Part shown: piece after piece, positions 25,141-38,026 of the stretch | How the letters are laid out: every line of letters begins with the position of its first letter | How positions within the stretch are numbered: position 1 is the stretch's first letter | Source: Botryllus schlosseri | Lineage: Eukaryota | Length of the DNA stretch: 64,000 nucleotides | Assembly (NCBI GenBank): GCA_051294905.1 | Contig: CM119371.1 | Span: 19,284,001-19,348,000 of the forward strand | Direction of reading: 5' to 3' | Position numbers and translations under genes: made by a program | Notes under the pieces: generated by a model | Databases searched by the model: none | What the model saw: the letters and a program-made list of their open reading frames with translations, nothing else | Told to the model about the DNA's origin: nothing

Positions 25141-27200
25141 CATAGTGTTCTAAGGTGGTGTAGACACTAGCGATCGTTCCGCTTCGGCAGTTTGGTATCG
25201 CTGTCGCCAAGATGCATTCTCTGCCGCTTGAGCATAGGGAAAAGTTGCGTTCTAATCAGATCTAGGAAGTTAATTGGTTAGCGCGGTGTGTTTTCTGTGC
25301 GCCATTCTTGATGATGAGATATCAATTTATAAATTAAGATGTCAAATTTTACTGCCCGTAAGGTTTTTCAGGCAGTGTAAGCGGCATGTTATCGCGTTAC
25401 ATTGCAACTGGAGTAACCTGTCATAGCTTCCTTGTTAATGTTATCGTTACCATGCTATATGTACGCCAACATGTCTTTTGTATCATATCAGGCAAGTAAT
25501 ATATCCGACGATTCTCTAATTTTTCAAAATGCGAGCTGTGACTGGCACCAAGAATCCTATTCTTACTGTCAGACACCTCAGAGAATTGCGAAGTTCAGGG
25601 AATTAATTGAAGAGCTAGAAGCTGTGGTGCAAGATGCGTATCGGTTACAAGAATTCCATGCCATTGATCGCTTATGAGAGGAAATGAATGGATTCGATCA
25701 ACAGAACGGCCCATTACCCCTGAATTACTGATGCTTGATGAAGACATTTTGCGGATGCAGTCATCGTGGAAAAATATCTATGCCGGAAGTAACTGACGAC
25801 TAATTTCTTTTATGGAAGTCAGGGTACATCTTATCCCCTTGAATGGAAATCCTTTGGACTACAAAATGTCAAAATGTGGATGCATGACTATGATCTGGCA
25901 CAAACTGTGGCTTTTTACTCAGCAAGAGCAGAGCAAGCTATTTCTTGAGGCATTCGTAATATTTTAAAGATACTGATGAACATAATGATGATCCTCTTCA
26001 TTCTCTACTTCTTATCTCTAAAGCAATTTCCAAATATCAATGCTCATTGGAATTAATGAAAGACTAACGGAAATACAGACAAATGAATGTGACAATTTTC
26101 TACATTTACACTTAAGGGATTTGCACAATATCCGCATCTGAAAACAGTTCGCTCATGGCTAGCTTGAACTGTCAACCAAAACGTGAAAGCTCAAATCACA
26201 TTTATGGAATCACCAATCAGCCTTTGAATAAACTTTATTGGATAGTGGGTGAGGATTTCAAGAAGAAAACTGCAAGATAGATATCACTATCTTCACCAGT
26301 GAGCTCAGATGCAATTTGTATTACATGTATGTTGAAAGGCTATACTATCATAGCTTGAATGCAGAGATTATATTGCATGTTGTTACCATGGTAATTCCTC
26401 TGAGTAAATGGATTTGCAAAAATATATTTCAGCATATATGTAGTAAATGCCTTCATTCGCATCACTTGAGAGGGGATCTCTACTCGCAGGTCCAGCGGTA
26501 GATCTTCTTGACATTTTTCACAGTCATACAAACAAGACTGCCAAGTGATAAGCTTCCAACTAGAACCACTTATAGTTACCTGCACCATATTGTGATAGCG
26601 TTGGCTCAAGCACCAGTCAGGGTTCATATTGGGTTTATTAAATATATTCAAGAGATATTGCAACGAGTCAGCAAAATAGTTGAGACCAGAGGCATACTCA
26701 GAGTTGCAAGTTATATGAGGAAATTTCAATAAGCATATATATAAATTGTACGATACAATCATAATGATCAAAGTGCAATACTTTTTTGAACTAATCTGAC
26801 AAAAATTAATGCTCTGTTCTGCACAGTTTTGGACAAACGATTTATGCTATATAAATGCGTGAATGAAAATATGGTTGGCGGTGCTAAACTTGAGTCTTCG
26901 AGTTAATAAATTCTTTACTGCAATGAATGTAGTTGTGAAAGAAATGCGTGAATGTAGTCACCTATGCCATTTATGTAGAAACAATTATTCAAGTAAAAGT
27001 GCTATAGTTTACTCAAGCAGGAAGTATATATTGTAACTCAAACATCTCCATCTGATTGCTATGCAAGTTATCTTCGACACGTATATTTCACAAGAACCGA
27101 CTGTTGGATGATAAAGATGCGTGGTTTTCGGCGTTCATATGCAGAGATCAGTTGACACCGACAGAAGATTGAGGAATTTCTAAAAATGAATGAGATGTAA
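25141..27200 (+). pseudogene. Possible decayed large DNA-transposon ORF behind a CATAGTG-type terminus
   Basis: Begins with CATAGTGTTCTAAGGTGGTG; fragmented coding-like stretches (WHQESYSYCQT..RIAKFRE; YCDSVGS) only loosely recall invertebrate transposon proteins. Confidence 0.3.
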
Positions 27201-27277
27201 GCGAGCAACCATACCAAAACTACCTTGGGTCTCTGGCTAACCATCATATTTTTGGCGCTTCGATAAAGGCTCCTAAC

Positions 27278-27523
27278 TAGGGCGATTATTTTTTTTTTGA
27301 CATGTCAAAAGAAGTTGTAGCGTTAGGTCAAAAAGTGTCAAAAAAGTTGAAAGTTTTTTGCAAACTGCATTTCGTTTGTATCGTAGATTTTGCACAGTTG
27401 GTGAACTTATCATTTGACATTTGGCAACTTGTAGCATATCAAGATTTTTAGGGTCAACAAATGTAAAAATTATGATTTTTTAGGTCAAAATCTTCCGTTT
27501 TAAGGTAAAAAAAAATCGCCCTA
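27278..27523. mobile_element. hAT-type MITE
   Basis: TIR TAGGGCGATT / AATCGCCCTA; TSD CTCCTAAC / CTCATAAC. Confidence 0.75.
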
Positions 27524-30500
27524 CTCATAACATTTAGTTGGTGTTGGTCAGGAACGAAGTATTTCTACATTTTCAAAGTAGGCTACATAAGTAAACGTTT
27601 TGTCTATCTGCACAATTTATTCAGGTGGCTATGTCTTGGAATACTTCCAGTTCTACCTGGAACAGTTTTCAGTCAAAAGTTCTTTTCACAATATGGATTT
27701 CGAAAAGTATAAATTTGATTTGGGAAAAGTTGGCATCACATTTACAAATTTTCTTCAGGACCACGTGATATAGCCGTATCAATTAAGATAACTGAATAGA
27801 TTTTCGAGGAATCTACCCGGTACCTGTTACATCGTGCCGGTATTGAAACTATATAGTCGACAGTGGTATCGATTACTCCATGGTGGGCTCAAAATCACTG
27901 TTTATTTGGGCGGGAAGGAGATGAAAAAAGTGGTTTCGGTTCGTGACCACCTCTGGTCTATGAGTAAAGCTTTGCTAGTGTGACGTCACAACTCATTTTG
28001 AAATCCATTAGTGGGCGCTAAAGAGTGTCCGGAATTTGGATTGCAGAAATTTGGTAACCTAGCATAACACCATGTCAACCTATTTGCTTCCTTTAAATGT
28101 TTATGATTCACAATGAGCAGACAATGTGCTGTCTACAACGGTAGGCCTATAAAGTAGGCTACAAGCTGTAAAATACCAAATGATAAGTTCACCGACAGTG
28201 CGAAATCTACGATGCAAATGAAATGCAGGTTGCAAAAAAGTTACAACTTTTTAAACAATTTTGACATTTATTGATCTAACGCTACAATTTTGACCTAATT
28301 TTGATTTTTCATGACAAGTAAAAAATCTCCCTAGTCATGAGCTACTGCGCAGATATACTTTACCACAGCATCATTACCCTGCGTGCCTGCTTTACTTTAC
28401 TTATTCCTGAATAGTAAGGTCATTTTTACTTGTTGACGTAGGTTTGCAACATCCATTCCAAATTCTGATTAAAAAGTTCCCGGACTCCACAGAAAACCGT
28501 ATCACGATTTCATGATAATGAACCAAATTCCAACGTCCGCGTTTACGATTAGTGTTTCTTGTATTCCTCACAACGCATACGCAAGGCTAACGGCAGATAA
28601 CGACTAAAACAAAAAGGAAGAATTGAAATATGCCAACTTACACCGCCGTTAGAGCCACTGTTTTAGTGGTTTATATATGTATTCAACCGGTCAGTCATCG
28701 TATTGCTTCAATCAATTCCCTTGGTTGTTCCGAAGAACAGCAGCCAACGCTTTGGAAAACACTAGTATTTACGGACGCAAATTCTGTCGCTACACCATGA
28801 TAAACACTAGTGGTTTTTTAGGCATGTACCAGTAGTAGTTTCACCTTACAGTGCAATGTTTGTCAATTTCCTTATACCTGGTAGAGTTGTCAATACCCAC
28901 CAGTATTGGGATGACTCGAGTCACTTTTTGTATGACTAGGCTTGACTTGACTCGAGTCTCTTCGCAAAAATGACTTGACTTGACTAGACTCGACGTTTCA
29001 GAAATGCGGATTGATTCGTGACTCGGAGCACAATTACGAGTCAATGTCAAGTCATAAAGTATAGGTGTCGATAAAAATGGCTAATCTTGCAAATATTCGG
29101 ATTGTGCGCGATGCGCTGGTGTGACCTGTGAGAGTATGAGGAATCAATTAATGATTGTGCGTTTTACTGAGCCTCCGTTGTTCTATGACACATAAATTTA
29201 CCACAAACGAAGCGATCGGAGCTTACAGCTTACGTTGTCATCAAGTATTAGCAAAGTAATCTAATGGCAAAGTATCCATCTCAGTTCTTTCGACTGCTCA
29301 TTGTGGTCGGTACCAGTGTTGGGATAACTCGAGTCATGACTTGACTCGAGTCAGATTCGAGTCACCTTTTTCGTGTGACTTGACTTGACTCGAGTCACTT
29401 TGCAAAAATGACTTGACTTGACTTGACTCGGCGCTTCAAAAATGCGGATTGACTCGTGACTCGGAGCAAAATTCACGAGTCAGTTTCAAGTCATTAAGTA
29501 AGCTGTGTCGATTAAATAACCATATCGTATGTATGTTCGGGTTGTTCTCGATACGCCGGTGTCACTAGTGAAAGCAACCAGTCATTCGGTGATTGAACGT
29601 TTCACTGATTCCCCATAGTCACGTTACAAATAATTTGACCGCTAACGAAACAATCACAGCTTACGTTATCGCAGTGGCAATAGATTAATCTAATGGCAGT
29701 GGCTACTCGTCCGGTACCGGACGAATAATTTTCTCTGGCTATTCGTCCGGCACTGTGTGACGTAGGCCTGTTACTATGGAGACTGTATGCGTTTTTGACA
29801 GGCTTCGGTTTTGTACATTATTTATTCGCATTTCTGGTTACTGATTTGAATGGTTAAGCTGTTACTGATTTGTATGCTCATAATTATAGCTCCGAGGGAA
29901 AGTTTACGCCATACTAATAATTGCAAATTGCTGTCGTGAAAGTACCAGAACTTGACGCCCACCATTACCTTTACAAGAGATGTTCGCCTACGCTTAATGA
30001 AGTAAGAACAAGTAGGATACTGATTTGTATGCTCATAATTGGAGCTCCGAGGGAATGTTTGCGCCATACGAAGAGTTCCTAAGTGCTATCGTGAAATAAC
30101 CGGATGCAGTCAGAACACGAACGATTCACTGAAATTCTTGCTGCCTCCACTTATTTCTGAACTCATGCAAGCACCGTTGACCTAACCAATGATACGTGAA
30201 TTTATACCACCAAGACGGAATTTTCACCTCTGTTGTACTACGAGTACCCACTACCCATACTTGATGTTGCTGCACAGTAATGCTTGGAATACGAACTGAG
30301 AGAGACCGAGGGGCTTTTATTCTCATACAACAGAAATACAGAACAAATGGACAGCAGCAATGATGATACAAAAAACATGCGCATGCACAGTATTTGGTGT
30401 CGGATAGCAGAGATCGATGCAACCTTGGAAGTCAAGTGGTCTGATAAAACCCGCATGAAACAAGTATATGCCTACATTGTCTCTGCATGATCATTCTGTA

Positions 30501-30559
30501 ACGAATTGTAGTTGAAAAATTATATGATAGTAGCAAATGAATGAATGATAAAATGTGTG

Positions 30560-30830
30560 GACGAAGTAGGGCAACAGTGGTAATGGTAATCCATTCAAAA
30601 TGATAGGTCTTTGAGTAGTCGATAAATCTCTTGGTTAGGTAGCTAGCTATTAAGTAGGCCCAGGTAGATATTTCCCTTCAACGAGCGTCTTGTATTATGG
30701 AAGTGAACATCTGAAGCAGGTATGAAAAAGTCATCAAATACATACGACAAACTGTTGCAAAAATACTGATCATTGGGTGATAATTTGGTACGCATGGTAC
30801 GATTTAGCAGGGTCCAATACTGCAAAAAAT
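30560..30830 (-). mobile_element. CR1/L2-like LINE ORF2 C-terminal fragment inside the MULE
   Basis: VFDDFFIPASDVHFHNTRRSLKGNIYL matches the LINE at 46765-47244. Confidence 0.75.
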
Positions 30831-31899
30831 TTTTGCTGGTATTTCCCCACATTCTGTATTGCGAGTGACAGTGAATGCTGTGCATTCAATTTGCTGCTTC
30901 CAAGATATTCAAGCATTGATAGTGTGATTTCAATGTGAACATCGATCATGAAGAATAGCACTGAAGTACTTTCAATGTCACAGTTGCCGCTACATATTTT
31001 TCTAACAGAGGCATTTTTTGCAGCAGTTACAGAACCATTTCTTTTGTTTCGGGGAAGTGTTTAGTCGAGCACATAGGAGATGATCCCGGTTGAGACAGGA
31101 GTAACAGCCACTTGAATTGCTTTTAGTAAGTTGAAGGTCGCATATTCCACAGTACCAGTCCTTCTGACTATATTTACTTTGGAATGCCATCATCACAGCA
31201 GCCATTACATCATATGCGAAATATTTCTCGATGTGGAGTATATTCACAGTCTCATTAAGGCAGCTGTTGGGGATGAAACAAGTGTCAGACGTGAAAGACT
31301 TACTGCCCAATTTCTTTCTGTACATTTCTTCATAGTGTCGGATGGTAATACGATCCATGACAGCATCACTGTAAATGAGGCAGAAATAAAATTTGCTGTC
31401 GTTCTGCTTGAAAGTAACTTACATCTGTCTGTGTCTTCAGGATGTCTTTTTTAAATGCAACTGGAGCGTCACATTTCTTCTTCGTTCGTTACTTTCGCTC
31501 TCTCGATCGTTCTGGTGACGCACACCGCTTAATCGCAAACCCAAGCCTTTTGGGCATCCTCTTTTCTTTAGTTTTGCTCGCAAAAGTGTCAGACTCTTCA
31601 CTATGAGATTCTGCCCATCCTCTGCCGTACCAAACCTGATATGATCTTGGCTCTCTTTACGGAAAGTGCTGCAATGAAATGTGATGCGTTACCCTGTGTT
31701 TCAAGTGTAATGCACGGCATGTGTGGCAGTGCCGCTGCTCGTAGTCCAGTAGAAAGCAAAAAGGGTGTAGGCTAGTAGACTTTCTTATCCACAACCATCA
31801 TACCATGTTCCCCATGAACATGTTCAAATTTATAGGCTATATATTTGATTTTTGGTTAGGTTATCAATTTAGGATTGCGCCTGTGACGTGTCGCAAGGT

Positions 31900-32510
31900 G
31901 AGGTGATGGGGTTAAGATTGTGGTTTCGGCACGCGTGGGGTTAGGATCGGGGTGCCGTAAGATGAGGTGGTGGGTTTGGGGTTGCACATGTGGGGTGTCA
32001 TAAGATAAGGTGGTGGGGTTGGACTGTAGGGTTAGGATTGGGGTGTCGCAAGATGAGGTGGTGGGGTTGCACTGTGGGGTTAGGATTGGGGTTTTGGCAC
32101 GCGTGGGGTTAGGATCGGGGTGCCGTAAGATGAGGTGTTGGGTTCTGGGTTGCACGTGTGGGATTAGGATTGGGGTGCCGTAAGATAAGGTGGTGGGGTT
32201 GGACTGTAGGGTTAGGATCAGGGGTTCTGGCGCATGTGGGGTTAGGATTGGGGTGTCTAAGATGAGGTGGTGGGGTTGCACTGTGGGGTTACGATTGGGG
32301 TTTCGGCACGTGTGGGGTTAGGATTGGGGTGCCCTAAGATGAGGTGCGGAGGTGGTGGGGTTAGGGTTGCTCTGTGTGATTAGGATTGGTTGCGTGTGTG
32401 AGGTTAGAATTAGGGTGTCGTAAGTTGAGGTGGTGGGGTTGGGGTTGCACGTGTGGTGTTAGGATTGAGGTGTTGGGGTCATAGGAATAGGGTTGGAGTT
32501 TAGGCTGAGG
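31900..32510 (+). repeat. G-rich minisatellite
   Basis: Mixed ~48-bp (GGGGTTAGGATTGGGGTGCCGTAAGATGAGGTGGTGGGGTTGCACTGT) and ~29-bp units with extreme G/C strand skew. Confidence 0.9.
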
Positions 32511-33204
32511 GTAATCCAACCCTCATTTCACGATACCCGACTACAAAATGCTCATGGGGAACACTGCTTCTTGATGTTCAAGTTGTTATGAACCCGGTGA
32601 AAATACCGTATTGTATGTAACTAACGCTTACTTGCCGTTGGTTAGGTCGAAGACCCGTAGATGAGCTCTGAAATCTGCGACCGCCGCGGATGCAGTGAAA
32701 AGATATCTGGCCAGTGCCCACTGCCCATATACCGTAGTTGAGCGCATTATTCAAATTTCGCCGATTGATTCGCTTTCTTACTGCATCAAGCACACGCGAA
32801 TCTCTCTTGTAGAGCTGGACGTAATTTTCTTTCTGGTATTTCACCAAAGCACTTGCCAAGTCTTCGTAAGAGGCAAAATCTCGAGGAATCCATGCTGCAT
32901 TTACGGCTCACAGTTCCGGAAATCTACGTACCCATTCTGCAGTTACGGCGTGCTTACGCCGGACGAATAGCCTGAGGAACTTAATTCGTCCGGTACCGGA
33001 CGAGTAGACACTTCCTAATCTAATAGCAACGTGTATCTTTGTTTCTTAGACGGCTCAGTGCTAACATTGCGGATGCGCTCATCTTTACGAACCATGTTGT
33101 TTGATATAAATCGAACGAATATAGTTTACGAGTTTATATTCTCACGCATGTCTATAGTTGGGCAGTGTGTCACATCAATTCCTTCAACTTGTCGAGGATT
33201 CGTA

Positions 33205-36200
33205 AGTAGTATAGTAGATCGGTCGTGAGCGGCCATTGGTTCTTACGGGCCCGCTCGTGAGGTGCCGCGAAACTCGTGTTGGTGATGGCACCCTTTAGAC
33301 CCCCTTCCGCTGGTGAGATGCCATGTGTTCTTATGGGATCTCTGGTGATGGTACCCTTTCAGGTATAGGCTGCGTCGGTGATGTGCCGTGAAAACTCGTG
33401 TTGGTGATGGTACCCTTTCAGACCCCCTATCGCTCGTGATGTGCCATTGTTTCTTACGGGATCTCTGGTGATGTGCCATTGGTTCTTATGGGATCTCTGG
33501 TGATGTGCCATTGTTTCTTATGGAATCTCTGGTGACGGCACCCTTTCAGGTATAGGCTGTAGCGATGATGTGCCCACGGATTCTTGTCTCGTAGTGAACT
33601 AATGTTGTTGGTATAGGTTGCGGTCATGAGGTGATGTTGATTACGAAGTATATTGATCACGTGATTGATCCTTAGTTATTGTGTATACCCCAAATTATTA
33701 TATATGAGCGATTCGAGTTATTCCTAACGTTTACGATGATTGCGACTTGAATACATCGTTATTCTTATGGACGCGGCGGTGATTCGTACTTTCGGGTATA
33801 GACTGCGTCGGTATGTCGTACTTTCAGCGAAAAAGGTGCGAAATAGTTTGCTAAATCTAGGAATCAGTCGCATGGTAATGTTTTGGTAATTAGTTTGCCA
33901 CAGAACCGGCGTAGACGGCGATTCGAATATCAACAATAACCACAATAACCACGCTCACAAACTAACACTTCAAAAAGGTGTGAAATAGGTTACAAATCCC
34001 GCGATCGCTCACAAGATAATACCTAAGACATAACCATCGCTCGCGATTTGCTGTTACATACATTCCAATCACTCACGAGGTACTATTTTGGTAATTATAG
34101 TTTGTCGCAGAACTGGATTTCACTGGTAAGACTTAATATGTAACGAATAACCGAACCGTTGCAGACGGTGATTCGAATACCGACAAATTCTCACTTATTT
34201 TCTGATCCAACCCTAATCCTTTGCGTTGTTGGCGCTTATTCAACAAGGTGTGAAATAATTGTAAAATCCTACGTCGCTGACACGATAATGCATCATGCAT
34301 AGCGATCTAGTTAAAGTACGGTGTCGGAATCCATTCGCGAGATGTTCTATAGGTAAATTGAGATAATCCGAAACGAAATATTTTGACTTTGGCGTAGTGT
34401 GAATTGAAATAGGATTGACAAACATGACTACCAACTTTCCCACAGTCCCATTTCGATATTATACGCACATTGATTTGAAACAAGTAATGAAACATTGCAA
34501 CTCTTCGCGATCCGGCTTTCCGTTTGTCAAAGAGACATTTTAACATCTTACCATACTCAAAAGAATTATTCACAACATTAACCGGTGTTACAAATCTAGT
34601 TTTCACTTACTTGATTATATCACTACAACTCGCAAACTCGAATTGATTCATCTGGTTGTATTCATATGACCGATAATTTTATCCAACTGTAAAGGTCATT
34701 ATACTATTCTGTAAGACAGAGTATTTACTAATCGGTGCATATACGACTTGACATAAACATATTATATTTTGAGTATACGAGATTTGAATGTCTGAACAAT
34801 AACTGAGAAATAATTTATCGCAATTAAATCCGCATATTATAGTGTAAAATATATTGGAATGCCAGCAACTCTTTACGATCATAGTTACTACCGCATTAAC
34901 TAATTTACCCGGCCAACTCGTCATAATCATTCCTGAAATCAACACAAACATGGTCACTGACTTGAGTTAACCACAAGACAGCATCAAGTTTTAAATCCGC
35001 TTGTAGCTCTCGGATTATTCGCATGCATCGATAGACAATATTGTTGAACTCATGAGTATTCTATTTCAATGAAGTTTCGTTTTATACCGACTGCGAAAGT
35101 TAATATCGAATTGTAAGACTTGAAAAAAAAATCACATATTTGTTTGACGATAACACAGACATGACAAAAAACATAACCGAGATTTTATAAACTATAGTCA
35201 TATTACTCTACACATCTATCAATATCAGAATGCAAGTCGTCAAAATTTTTGTTTAAAGTAACATTTCACTTTTGGAATCGGATTCGTTATAGCCATACAA
35301 ATTACATTAAACCCAACACCAAAACAAAAGGACTTTTTACTTCATTAAAATCAAATCATTCGTCTTCGACTTGTGCTTTATTAGATTGCGCGCGACAGTT
35401 CGTTACGAATGAGCTGAAACCAAAGTTGAGAAATCTTTGTGTCCACAGATATAGAGCATGCATATAGCTAACACAATCACGAATCGGCGTTTCTGAGTAT
35501 TTCACGGAGGTAATAAACTTGTTAGTGTCACCTATCTAAAAGTATGCATGCGTTCGATTTCCATACCGCCTGTTGCGACGTTTAGGATTCGCTTACAATG
35601 ACCAAAAGTGAGGATTTAACATTAATGTCGTTACTGTTGGTATCCGCAACAGAGAATTGAAACATTACACAGTGTGAAAATATCTCTTTGATATCAAAGC
35701 ACTATCCCAAGTACACGATTAATACTCAACTTCGTTCACACTTTCTATAGAACGTGCTAAATGTAAAGTATCGCGAGGACTCTTTGATCATTACAAAAGT
35801 AAATTGGGATATGTTTGCTAGACGCATCCAATTCAACTAGAAATGTCTACTGCACAACACTCGTAATATCAAGGAAGTACTTGCTACACTGTAATTCACT
35901 AAACGTGTTTTGCATTGTTATTGATTTGTAGTATTGATTGAAATTGTTTTTGAACCCTCAAATAATAATAATTCCCGACATGAAACCAAGCCGCTGAAAG
36001 TCGTTGCCACCACAAAGAAACAATTTGCACGATGTTTATCAAATGTGTCCTATAGTTCGGTGTACTAGAATTATTTGTGTAACACATACACCGACAAAGA
36101 AATCGGAAATTTTTCCGTTGTCATTCGCGCGACTAAGAACATCATCGCTACAGCCTATACCTGAAAGGGTGCTGTCACCAGAGATCCCATAAGAAACAAT

Positions 36201-36506
36201 GGCACATCACCAGAGATCCCATAAGAACCAATGGCACATCACCAGAGATCCCGTAAGAAACAATGGCACATCACGAGCGATAGGGGGTCTGAAAGGGTAC
36301 CATCACCAACACGAGTTTTCACGGCACATCACCGACGCAACCTATACCTGAAAGGGTACCATCACCAGAGATCCCATAAGAACACATGGCACCTCACCAG
36401 CGGAAGGGGGGTCTAAAGGGTGCCATCACCAACACGAGTTTCGCGGCACCTCACCAGCGGGCCCGTAAGAACCAATGGCCGCTCACGACCGATCTACTAT
36501 ACTACT
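33205..36506. mobile_element. Non-autonomous Polinton/Maverick-like element
   Basis: ~367-bp TIRs (33205-33571, 36139-36506) starting AGTAGTATAGTAG and containing internal tandem repeats; perfect 6-bp TSD TTCGTA (33199-33204, 36507-36512). Confidence 0.78.
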
Positions 36507-38026
36507 TTCGTATTTGATCCTCTATATTGGCCGATAAAATCAGACTGTAGCATGTAACTATACAATTACTCGCGTATTTTATTAGCAGTTCTACGTTTGC
36601 ATGAGTGCTGCAACATCGTCTTGCATGTATATTTTACTTTATATTCGTTATTTGATTTCAGATAAATGGCCAATCCATCTGTCCTTAATCCAGTTAGCAA
36701 AATGTAATGATTTCTCATCGTCACTCATACTTCGAAAATTCAATTTGACTTGAATCGTGACTTTACTCGTGACTTGACTTGACTCGACTTGACTCGAGTC
36801 ACCTCCAAAAAACGAGTGACTTGACTTGACTCGAGTCACCTTTGAAAATTGATTGACTTGACTCGAGTCAAAATGTGCAATAACTCGAGATTACTCGTGA
36901 CTTGAAGGTAGTGACTTGATCCCAACACTGGTCGGTACTCACTTTAACCAGACCTCTTGTATGATTTAAATCGAATTTTAAGTTTATAAGTTTATTTTAC
37001 TCGCCAATCATCGGTGCAGACTTACATTGTATCTCACGGATGTGTATAGGCGGGCTCGTGTCAATTCGTTTTTGAAGATTCGTATTCTATTCTCTATTTT
37101 GGCTGATAATTCTAGACTGAATCGATACAGTTACATATACGCAGTTTAGCAGTCCTATGTATGCATGAGCGATACGACGCCTTTTCCGCGTTTACTTACC
37201 TCTATATTCACCCCACGATTCAAAATTAATGGCGACATTGAAACAGCTATCCAAATGCAATGCCTTAATTATGCCTCGTACTTTTAAAAATCAACTTGAC
37301 TTGAATTGTGACTTGACTCGTGACTTGACTTGACTTGACTTGACTCGAATTGACTCGAGTCATCTCCAAAAATCTAGTGACTTGACCTGACCCAAGTCAC
37401 TTTCAAGAATAGATTGACTTGACTTGACTCGAGTCAAAATGTGCACTGACTCGAGATGACTCGTGACTCGAAGGTACTGACTCGATCCCAACACTGATAC
37501 CCACAATGACCTGGGTCAATGTCAGGAATGGGTCTCTTACCTTCCGAGAACCTTATCGTAATATGAAATGGCTGGTCTGCGAAAAAAGGTGGTGGCCGGG
37601 GTGAATATTGCAGATCACCACCACCAATGCTCCACTAGACCACTGCTTTCTTGTAGGCCTGAGGGAAAGAAAAAAATTGAGGTTGCAAAGTTCGACATCA
37701 CATCCAAAGCACAAATTTGGAATGCGATCGACAATCGGTATGGTAGTAGGGAAAAGATTTGTCGTCTTTTGTTCGTCTTTTAGTAATAGATTACCTATCA
37801 GAAAAATAGACGCATGGAATTGTATTCAAAATAAAATTTAGGCAGGATTCGAATCGGATATTTGTAATATAGACACAAATTTGGAAATGCGATTTTTGGT
37901 AATTCCTATTTACATGTGATTACTTATAGAATCCGAGCTACTTTAAAATTTGGACTGGGATCTGAAGCCCGAACAATAGAACTGGGATTTCGACAAAATA
38001 ATTCACGTGCTAGCTATAGCTTGTAC

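Larger units (their letters stand above)
29695..33015 (-). mobile_element. Mutator/MULE relic
   Basis: TIR GG(C/A)AGTG(G/T)CTACTCGTCCGGTACCGGACGAAT; 9-bp TSD TAATCTAAT (29686-29694, 33016-33024). Minus-strand remnants: ZSWIM3-N-like segment YQKENYVQLYKRDSR...CIRGGRRFQSSSTGLRPNQ (32578-32859) and a PHD finger WYCGIC..C..C...HLLC...WFCNCC (31002-31358). Confidence 0.85.
29314..36930. mobile_element. Inner hAT-type element of the same family
   Basis: TIR CAGTGTTGGGAT / ATCCCAACACTG; perfect TSD GTCGGTAC (29306-29313, 36931-36938). Confidence 0.88.
28901..37496. mobile_element. Outer hAT-type element (GACTTGACTCGAGTC family) hosting nested insertions
   Basis: TIR CAGTATTGGGAT / ATCCCAACACTG; perfect TSD ATACCCAC (28893-28900, 37497-37504). 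Confidence 0.88.

Noticed and set aside
31856..32281. 141-aa Pro/Thr-rich ORF
   Set aside because: Translation of the minisatellite.
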